A stretch of 24,068 nt of DNA from a virus (Duplodnaviria > Caudoviricetes), in IMG/VR virus record IMGVR_UViG_3300033076_001532, positions 1-24,068 of that record, one strand, 5' to 3'. The notes below the pieces were generated by a model. The model had not been told where the DNA came from. It did no database searches and saw nothing but the letters and a program-made list of their open reading frames with translations. Numbering within the stretch: position 1 is the stretch's first letter; every line of letters starts with the position of its first letter. A program made the position numbers and the translations under genes. Shown here piece by piece: positions 16,272 through 23,396 of the stretch.

Positions 16272-16728
16272 TTTTTAACAAACCTTGACGATGCAAGGAT
16301 TCTAGCAGCTTTGGAGTGGGCTGGTACAACACAACCAATTTGCCAAGCACTCCGCGTTTCTTGCAAAGTTTTCCGTTTTCATCGCGGACTTTATCAAATT
16401 CCCCAGACCGTATTAAGTATTCGGCAACGCATCGCAATCTACGTTTAAGAGGCAGTTCTGCTTGTGGGAATTTACCGCAGATTGTGTCTGGGTTTAGATC
16501 TTTAAATGCCAGTCGTAATCGATTGGCTAAGGTCATACCAGAATTAGCGTCTTCTTCTTCATAGTTTTTTAAGTTTTCCAAGTAACGACGCAGGCACCCG
16601 TCGTCAAAAGAACCACACGGAGGCAAGAACATTTCTACTTGCTCTGCAAGAGATTTTGGCAATAGCTCGATGTGATTATCGACAGTGATGGCATCGATAT
16701 CAATTCCTTTAAAACGATGCGCCATCAC
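16258..16728 (-). CDS. Hypothetical protein, 156 aa
   Basis: ORF with an ATGA-type overlap to the upstream HTH gene. Confidence 0.65.
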   Translation of the reverse strand: MMAHRFKGIDIDAITVDNHIELLPKSLAEQVEMFLPPCGSFDDGCLRRYLENLKNYEEEDANSGMTLANRLRLAFKDLNPDTICGKFPQAELPLKRRLRCVAEYLIRSGEFDKVRDENGKLCKKRGVLGKLVVLYQPTPKLLESLHRQGLLKSGST

Positions 16729-17135
16729 TCAAGTACCTCTTTGGTTGCATGGTACAAGTGGTATTGAGCACGTAGGTTTTTAAGGTTGATGTTTTCGTTC
16801 TTGGCAAAAGATTGAATCAGTCGGTTCCATGGAATACGTAACACTGCTTTTTTATGGACATCTGGGGAAACGTTGACGTAGTGGATGCCTTCTACCCAGC
16901 CTTTGCTGGGAGTCTTCCTACCGATTGCAATCCAGTTTCGAATGGTTTGGTCGGAGACTCCTAGTCGTCTACCGCATTCTTCTGTTGAAATATATTCATC
17001 TGCAAACATCTCGGGGTTGGCAATGTCAGTTTCAGCATTTGAATACCGGCTGTGCCACATGGAGCCAAGGATAGTTCTGATTCCTTTCAGCTCGTAAGCA
17101 ATGTCTTCCAAGCCTTTGCGTAATCCGTACGGCAT
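16725..17135 (-). CDS. Excisionase/MerR-type helix-turn-helix DNA-binding protein, 136 aa
   Basis: EYISTEECGRRLGVSDQTIRNWIAIG...WVEGIHY. Start reassigned to ATG 17135 (GGAG SD, TAGCAT 20 nt upstream), which removes the overlap with the divergent gene. Confidence 0.75.
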   Translation of the reverse strand: MPYGLRKGLEDIAYELKGIRTILGSMWHSRYSNAETDIANPEMFADEYISTEECGRRLGVSDQTIRNWIAIGRKTPSKGWVEGIHYVNVSPDVHKKAVLRIPWNRLIQSFAKNENINLKNLRAQYHLYHATKEVLE

Positions 17136-17186
17136 ACTGCACTCCGATTGATTAAATGCTAGTCTTTTGTAAACAACTTTGTGATC

Positions 17187-17483
17187 ATGGAAGAGCAAAT
17201 TCCACCCAGCCAATATCCCAACCAACAGATTTTGGAAGGACAGATTACTCCTGAAGCGTTGGCAGAAATGAAAGCACGTGCTATGGAGTTAGCTATCCAG
17301 CAAACAGCACCTTACCGCACGTCTGTAGAAATGCCACCGCAAGTTGTGTATGTGCGACGTAATTTGACCGTGGCAGAATTGCTGTTGGTGCTGTTGCTTT
17401 CTTGTGGAATTGTAACAGGAATTCAAGGGCTGTGGTACTTAGGTACCAATTTATTGCCTCGTCTTGAGGTTAGGGTACGCTAA
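17187..17483 (+). CDS. Small membrane protein with one predicted TM helix, 98 aa
   Basis: Hydrophobic segment LTVAELLLVLLLSCGIVTGIQGLWYLG. TAGTCT lies at 17160-17165. Confidence 0.65.
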   Translation: MEEQIPPSQYPNQQILEGQITPEALAEMKARAMELAIQQTAPYRTSVEMPPQVVYVRRNLTVAELLLVLLLSCGIVTGIQGLWYLGTNLLPRLEVRVR

Positions 17484-17526
17484 ATAAGCCGCCTTATAAT
17501 AAAGGAAAGAATTGCGCAGTAGATAG

Positions 17527-19320
17527 GTGGCAAACCGCCGTATTACCGAATTTCCTGCAATTGCAGCGAGCGAAATTGTAGACCAGGATGTCATGACCCT
17601 GGTCCACGTTTTCGAGGTGGACCCTTCACTGCGCAACAAAAAGATTACCTTTTCGCAGTTTAGAGATTACCTAGATCTTTACTATGCCCCTGGTAGCGGC
17701 GCTTTAATTAGTGGTAACGTCACGATTACTGGTAACTTAACAGTAGGTGGCAGCTCTAGTTTTAATACGGTAACCGCATCTGGTCTTAGTACCTTTAGTG
17801 GGATTGTTGTTCAAAACAATGCCATTGTCAGTGGTACTGTCAGTGGAAATACGCTAACGGGTACGTTTGTTCAAGGTAGTCAAGTCAATGCAGTAACAGG
17901 TACCTTTACAGCATTAGCTACTGGAACTACAGCATCTTTTTCAACGGGAAACTTTACAAGTCTCACGGGTACCACCGCGAGCGGTGTAAATGCTTTCTTT
18001 ACAAATGGCACGTTTACCAACGTAACAGGCACCACGTTTACAGGAACAACTGTTGCAGCAACCACGGGTACGTTCCAAGTCTTAGGTACACCCATTCTTG
18101 ACGTTAGTGGAAACTTATCTGTTGCCAGTGGATTAACGGTTACAGGAATTGCACAATTTGCAAACAGTGTAAGAGTCACTGGTACGTTATCAGGAACAAC
18201 AGTTACTGGAACTACTGCTCAATTTTCAACAGTCTCTGGTGTATCCGGAGTATTCACCACTCAAGTATCAGGTGCCACAATTACTGGCAATACGTTACTT
18301 GTTTCAAATGCAACAGGGATCTCCGGTACATTTACAACCAGGGTTTCAGGAGCAACCGTAACAGGTAATACGGGTGCATTTGGCAACGTTAATGGTATCT
18401 CGGGCGTTTTTACACAAGTTCTTTCTGGTCAAACAGTCACGGGAGATGCAGGCAATTTTGGAACAGTAACTGGTGTTTCCGGTGCGTTTACTAATTTATC
18501 TGGAGCAACTGTTACAGGCACTGTTGTTAACGCGGGGACAGTTACTTCGGTTACTGGTAATTTTGGCCGTGTGTCAGGCACAACAGTCACTGGTAACGCT
18601 GGACAATTTACAACGGTTACTGGTGGCACGGTTGCAGGAACAACAAGTATTTCAGGTGCAACAATTACGGGAAATGCGGGACAATTTACAACTGTCACAG
18701 GCATTACAGTTGTTGGCACAACTAGTGTCTCTGGCTTAACTGTTACAGGAAATACGCTACTTGCCACGAATTTAACCGGTCAAGTAGGAACATTTACAAC
18801 GAGTATTTCCGGCGCAACAATTACTGGCAACAGTATTTTAAGTACGTCGGGAAGGTTTCAAAATATCAGTGGTTTAGTTATTACCGGCGACACAATGCAA
18901 GCCGGATTAATTTCTGCTGTTTCAGGTGTTTTTACAAATATTGTTTTTGTTAATACGGTTGTTTCTGGTAACTTATCTGTACTAGGAACTGGTATTTTTT
19001 CCACTGGAGGAATCATTTCTTCCGGCTCAATTAGTGGAAGCAGTGTTACGGCACCAACAGGAACATTTACAACTCTTTCTGGAACAAGTGGTACTTTTGT
19101 TTCGCTAACAGGGACAACAACCACAGGTGTAACTGCAACATTCACAACGGTTTCTGGTGTCACAGTCACTGGTGCGACCGGTACATTTACCAATATCACC
19201 GGCAGTACACTCAGCGTAACAACACCATCTGGTGCAACACCTGCCATTGTTTGTTCTGGTGTTGTTTCAGGTGGTACAAGCGGATTTGTAATCCAAGGTC
19301 CGTTAATTATTCTTCCTTGA
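17527..19320 (+). CDS. T/G/S/V-rich repetitive tail fibre or spike-like protein, GTG start, 597 aa
   Basis: MANRRITEFPA N-terminus typical of fibre anchors, followed by many SGxTxTG / GxFT repeats and almost no charged residues. Confidence 0.7.
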   Translation: MANRRITEFPAIAASEIVDQDVMTLVHVFEVDPSLRNKKITFSQFRDYLDLYYAPGSGALISGNVTITGNLTVGGSSSFNTVTASGLSTFSGIVVQNNAIVSGTVSGNTLTGTFVQGSQVNAVTGTFTALATGTTASFSTGNFTSLTGTTASGVNAFFTNGTFTNVTGTTFTGTTVAATTGTFQVLGTPILDVSGNLSVASGLTVTGIAQFANSVRVTGTLSGTTVTGTTAQFSTVSGVSGVFTTQVSGATITGNTLLVSNATGISGTFTTRVSGATVTGNTGAFGNVNGISGVFTQVLSGQTVTGDAGNFGTVTGVSGAFTNLSGATVTGTVVNAGTVTSVTGNFGRVSGTTVTGNAGQFTTVTGGTVAGTTSISGATITGNAGQFTTVTGITVVGTTSVSGLTVTGNTLLATNLTGQVGTFTTSISGATITGNSILSTSGRFQNISGLVITGDTMQAGLISAVSGVFTNIVFVNTVVSGNLSVLGTGIFSTGGIISSGSISGSSVTAPTGTFTTLSGTSGTFVSLTGTTTTGVTATFTTVSGVTVTGATGTFTNITGSTLSVTTPSGATPAIVCSGVVSGGTSGFVIQGPLIILP

Positions 19321-19353
19321 TCTTCGGTTAAAATAGACAAAAAGAGACAACAA

Positions 19354-22302
19354 ATGACTTACGGAACAATTAAGGTTGATACGGTTACTTTTACCAATGA
19401 TGGTGTTGATAAGAGCGTTACGCTTTCTGGTTTAGTACAGAATCCTACCTTTAGTGGTAACGTCACTGTTACTGGTACTCTTTCTGGTGTTACTGTAACT
19501 GGTACAACTGCCAACTTTACGAGCGGTAATTTTACTAATATTAGTGGCGGTACTCATACTATTACATCGGGTGTATTTGCGGCAGGTAGTGCAGCAAGCC
19601 CTTCGATTACATTTACGGGTGATTTAAATACCGGTATTTACTCACCCGGCGCAGACCAAGTAGCCATCAGCACTGGTGGGTCTGGCAGGTTGTTTGTTGA
19701 TGCGAGTGGAAGGGTTGGTATTGGAGCATCCGGACCTGGATTCCCGCTTGAAGTGCGGGCTACATCAAGCACAGGCCAAGTACAGATACTTGGATCCGAC
19801 AACACAAACGCGACATGGAGACTTGCTACACCAAGCAATAGCGTTGTTGCATTTGGTGGCGCCCTAGCGCACGCAGTTGCTTTTGGTGGCTTTGATAATA
19901 CTACCCAAGCATTTAGCGAACGCCTGCGCATCACATCGGCAGGGCTCGTGGGCATTGGAACCAGTTCGCCTGGGTATTTGCTTGATGTTGTATCTGCCGG
20001 AGCGTCTGACATCCGGGTGAAAAGTGGAGGAGCTGGCAGTGCATACTTGCGGCTAGGAACAGCAACTAGAGATCATGCTATTTATTCAGATGCGTCAACA
20101 GGAAGCCTTGTTGCATACGACATCACGTCGGCAACAACTCGTCTTGTTATTGATTCCTCAGGCCGCGTAGGCATAGGGACTAGTTCGCCTGGCCGCAATC
20201 TTCATGTTGTAGGTTCAAGCGCCACTGCGTTAATCGAATCTACCGGAAGTACAAACGCTGATTTGCTAATTGGCGATGGCGGCGTTCGGTACTACGGTAT
20301 TAGAGGCGTCGCTGGAGGTGGTTCGCTTCAGATTCGCAATGACACTGCTAACACAACGCTTGCAACATTTACAAGCACAGGGCTAGTAGGGATTGGCACT
20401 ACGAGCCCTAGCGCGACTTTACAGGTATCCCCATCTTCTGGATCGGCAAACTTCCAAGTTAGCCGTGGTTCCAAAGGACTTCAGATCAATCAAGACAACG
20501 ATTCTGTTGATCCAAACATCAACACCATTGGTGCAACTGCGCTGAGGTTCCTTCGGGATGGTGGCGAGTCGATGCGTATTGATACGTCGGGACGGCTCCT
20601 AGTGGGCACGTCTAGTGCGCGTAGCAATTTCTTTAACTCAACAATCACAGCAGATCTTCAAGTAGAAAGTACAAACGGCATTGCGTCTATTATTAGAGAC
20701 ACTGCTGCAGCCGGCGGTCCGGCTTTAATCCTTGGGAAAACTCGTTCGGCAAGTGTCGGTGGAACAACCATTGTTCAGAACGGTGACTTAATTGGCGCTG
20801 TTAGTTTCCAAAGCAGTGACGGCTCTACGTTTATTGTTGCAGCTTCTGTTGAGGCATACGTAGACGGCACCCCTGGCGCTATTGACATGCCAGGGAGATT
20901 GGTGTTCTTCACTACTGCGGATGGGGCGAGTTCTCCGACAGAACGCCTACGCATCACATCGGCAGGGCTCGTGGGCGTGGGGACTAGTTCGCCTAGCTAT
21001 CGTTTACATGCAGTAGCCGCTAGCGAGCAAACAAATCCCGAGAGCGATTCAGGCGCTTACTGGCCGCTTCTTAATTCTAGTTCAACGCTAAATACATGCA
21101 GTGCGCTTGCTCTGGGTACCAACAATGACATAGGAACAGCTATTGTTGCCCAACGCGTTGGTGCCAATAATGAACATGTTATTAAGTTTCAAACAAGAAA
21201 TAGCAGCGGTTCATTAGGAACCAGAATGACCTTGACTGGCCCAGGGTCACTAGGGATTGGCACTACGAGCCCTAGCCAATTACTACACATTCAAGGCGCA
21301 AGTAATCCTGCCTTTTTAAGTCTGGATACAAGAAATAATGTGAATGCTTATATGTTTGCTGGGAACACTGAAGCGGTTTTTGGAGCAGGAAGCGCCCATC
21401 CAGTTACTTTCAGGGTCACGGATTTAGAAAGAGCGAGAATTGATACGTCGGGACGGCTCCTAGTGGGCACGTCTTCTACGTCTAGTGCTAGTGCTTTAGT
21501 CGTTCAAAACAACAGCTCTGGAAACGGAGTTGGAGTTGTGCGAATTAACTACAGCACAGATTCTCCAGGAGCTAACGATACCCTGGGCATTGTTTCTTTT
21601 GGCGACAACACACACGGTGAGTATGCAAGCGTTGCTGGATTAAGAGATGGTGGCACATGGAGTGGCTCATCGAAGCCAACGAGGCTTGTGTTCTCCACTA
21701 CTGCGGATGGGGCGTCTTCTCCGACGGAGCGGATGAGGATTACGAGTGCCGGCAAAATTCTATACAACACAGCAACTGCCGCAGCCAACACTGCAATTAC
21801 AATTACAGCATTTGATAATAGTGTTGGTGGAGCTGCAGTTGAACTCAATGGTTGGGGCAATGGCAGAGGCCATGCTATTCAATTTACAGCACATAACACA
21901 GCTAACGCAGATGTTGTATATTTCAATACATCTGCAGCCACTGTTGGTAGCATTTCAATTACCTCAACTGCGACTGCTTACAATACTTCTTCTGACTACC
22001 GTCTTAAAGAAAATATTGTTCCAGTTATTGATGGCATTATTCGCCTACAACAGCTAAAACCTAGTCGTTTTAACTTCCTTACTGATCCAAGTAAAGTAGT
22101 TGATGGTTTTATTGCACACGAAGTGCAGTCAGTTGTTCCCGAAGCTGTTACAGGAACCAAAGATGAAATTAGTCCTGACGGCACTCCGAAATACCAAGGC
22201 ATCGACCAATCCAAGCTGGTTCCACTGCTGACGGCTGCGTTGCAGGAAGCTGTTGCCAAGATTGAAAGTCTTGAAGCTCGCTTAACTGCGGCAGGCATCT
22301 AA
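19354..22302 (+). CDS. Long tail fibre with a C-terminal peptidase S74 intramolecular chaperone, 982 aa
   Basis: Repeated ERLRITSAGLVGIGTSSP / RIDTSGRLLVGTSS modules. From 21991: SDYRLKENI...GFIAHEVQ...PEAVTG...IDQSKLVPLLTAALQE. Confidence 0.9.
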   Translation: MTYGTIKVDTVTFTNDGVDKSVTLSGLVQNPTFSGNVTVTGTLSGVTVTGTTANFTSGNFTNISGGTHTITSGVFAAGSAASPSITFTGDLNTGIYSPGADQVAISTGGSGRLFVDASGRVGIGASGPGFPLEVRATSSTGQVQILGSDNTNATWRLATPSNSVVAFGGALAHAVAFGGFDNTTQAFSERLRITSAGLVGIGTSSPGYLLDVVSAGASDIRVKSGGAGSAYLRLGTATRDHAIYSDASTGSLVAYDITSATTRLVIDSSGRVGIGTSSPGRNLHVVGSSATALIESTGSTNADLLIGDGGVRYYGIRGVAGGGSLQIRNDTANTTLATFTSTGLVGIGTTSPSATLQVSPSSGSANFQVSRGSKGLQINQDNDSVDPNINTIGATALRFLRDGGESMRIDTSGRLLVGTSSARSNFFNSTITADLQVESTNGIASIIRDTAAAGGPALILGKTRSASVGGTTIVQNGDLIGAVSFQSSDGSTFIVAASVEAYVDGTPGAIDMPGRLVFFTTADGASSPTERLRITSAGLVGVGTSSPSYRLHAVAASEQTNPESDSGAYWPLLNSSSTLNTCSALALGTNNDIGTAIVAQRVGANNEHVIKFQTRNSSGSLGTRMTLTGPGSLGIGTTSPSQLLHIQGASNPAFLSLDTRNNVNAYMFAGNTEAVFGAGSAHPVTFRVTDLERARIDTSGRLLVGTSSTSSASALVVQNNSSGNGVGVVRINYSTDSPGANDTLGIVSFGDNTHGEYASVAGLRDGGTWSGSSKPTRLVFSTTADGASSPTERMRITSAGKILYNTATAAANTAITITAFDNSVGGAAVELNGWGNGRGHAIQFTAHNTANADVVYFNTSAATVGSISITSTATAYNTSSDYRLKENIVPVIDGIIRLQQLKPSRFNFLTDPSKVVDGFIAHEVQSVVPEAVTGTKDEISPDGTPKYQGIDQSKLVPLLTAALQEAVAKIESLEARLTAAGI
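19918..21725 (+). repeat. Four pairs of dispersed DNA-level direct repeats at tail-fibre module junctions
   Basis: 19918-19971/20941-20994 (49/54 identical), 20387-20412/21251-21276 (26/26), 20578-20613/21439-21474 (36/36) and 20902-20939/21688-21725 (35/38). Confidence 0.9.
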
Positions 22303-22390
22303 GTCCCCTTCACTCGTGACCCTGGCTGAACTATCTGGGAATCCCGGATAGTTCCCAACTCATCAGCCCGGCTTACAAGTCCACGTCACT
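22301..22390. repeat. Palindromic hairpin element flanked by a 14-nt imperfect direct repeat
   Basis: AAGTCCCCTTCACT (22301-22314) and AAGTCCACGTCACT (22377-22390) surround GAACTATCTGGG-AAT-CCCGGATAGTTC (22328-22354). Confidence 0.75.
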
Positions 22391-22427
22391 ACTTACTTCC
22401 TGTAAAATAGTAGAAAACATTGGTATT

Positions 22428-22751
22428 ATGGCTAACGCAACTTGGGATATTGCTCAGCTTGAGCGTAAGCTTCCTGATGGTGACACTTGTCCTGATGGTG
22501 CTGTCTACATTGCACACTGGACTGCTGCTTTGGAAGAGAACGGTGAATCGGTTGGCGCCTATGGCTCCGTTGGTTTTGGTGATCCAGACCCCGATAATTT
22601 TACTCCTTTTAGTGAACTGACCAAAGAGGAGGTTTTAAACTGGGTGTTTGAAACCCTTGGTCCTGACCAAATCGTCACTATTGAAGAAGGGTTGTACAAT
22701 CAACTCCAGCAAAAACTGAATCCAACCACAGAAGCTGGCGTACCTTGGTGA
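22428..22751 (+). CDS. Tail-fibre-associated small acidic protein, 107 aa (paralog 1)
   Basis: TWDIAQLERKLPD...AHW...GSVGF...FTPFSELTKEEVLNW...GVPW, directly after the fibre gene. Confidence 0.7.
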   Translation: MANATWDIAQLERKLPDGDTCPDGAVYIAHWTAALEENGESVGAYGSVGFGDPDPDNFTPFSELTKEEVLNWVFETLGPDQIVTIEEGLYNQLQQKLNPTTEAGVPW

Positions 22752-22785
22752 TTTTTGTTATACTCTTTGAAGTTATTTGTTCATT

Positions 22786-22968
22786 ATGGCTTGCAAAAAG
22801 TCTGAGCTGATCAGCGCCATTAATTCTTTTGGTGCTGCACGTGTTACCGGTGACGGCAATCTGATCGCTTTCTCCGGTAACCTCATCGGTCAACTGATTG
22901 AAACTCTTGAGTTTGAAGCAGAAGAAGAGGTCGCGCCTGCTATTGATCCTGAAGTTGTTGAGAGCTGA
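22786..22968 (+). CDS. Small acidic protein, 60 aa (tail-assembly chaperone candidate)
   Basis: ATG 22786 lies 21 nt after the extended -10 TGtTATACT (22756-22764). Confidence 0.6.
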   Translation: MACKKSELISAINSFGAARVTGDGNLIAFSGNLIGQLIETLEFEAEEEVAPAIDPEVVES

Positions 22969-22971
22969 GCA

Positions 22972-23343
22972 ATGAACAAAACTACCTGGGGAATTTCTTT
23001 GCTAGATCGAAGACTTCCTGATAGCGGTACTTACCCAGGTAGTGAAGTCACTGCAATCCACTGGTTTGCGTATCAGATGGCGGGTAAGTACACAGTCAGT
23101 ACTTCTGGCATTGTTGAACTTGCCCCCGCTGATCGCAGCAAGTGGGTGCCATACCTAAGCCTTGACAAAAACACGGTAATGGGTTGGTGTAAAGATGCGC
23201 TTACAGCAGATCGTGTCAAGGAAATTGAAAACGCTCTTGCTGAACGCGTTGATGCCGAACTGAACAAAGCATCTGGACTCCCTTGGGACGTACCAGATCC
23301 TTTGCCACCATTACCGCATCCACTTGGCTACGTGGAAGTTTAA
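22972..23343 (+). CDS. Tail-fibre-associated protein, 123 aa (paralog 2)
   Basis: TWGISLLDRRLPD...IHW...SGIVEL...WVPYLSLDKNTVMGW...GLPW aligns with 22428-22751. Confidence 0.7.
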   Translation: MNKTTWGISLLDRRLPDSGTYPGSEVTAIHWFAYQMAGKYTVSTSGIVELAPADRSKWVPYLSLDKNTVMGWCKDALTADRVKEIENALAERVDAELNKASGLPWDVPDPLPPLPHPLGYVEV

Positions 23344-23348
23344 AAAAC

Positions 23349-23396
23349 TGCGATACTACTATCAGTTAAAATAAAACAACTGGCAGTAGTATCGTG
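23349..23396 (+). promoter_or_regulatory. About 19-bp hairpin that buries the endolysin GTG start, with -10 TAAAAT (23367-23372) at the arm/loop boundary
   Basis: TGCGATACTACT-AT-CAGTT, loop AAAATAAAAC, AACTG-GC-AGTAGTATCGTG. It has one A.C mismatch and three GU pairs. Confidence 0.8.

Noticed and set aside
16725-17135. Excisionase as evidence for a prophage
   Set aside because: No integrase, att site or host genes are in the window, and this HTH type is common in lytic phages.
17187-17483. Holin call
   Set aside because: One TM helix only and not adjacent to either lysin. Possible but unsupported.
19918-21725. Tail-fibre repeats as a diversity-generating retroelement TR/VR pair or a CRISPR array
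   Set aside because: Mismatches are not adenine-specific, two pairs are identical, spacing is irregular and in-frame, and no reverse transcriptase or cas gene is in the window.
17880-22298. Minus-strand V/P/T-rich ORFs opposite the fibre genes
   Set aside because: Mirror translations of the T/G/S repeats.
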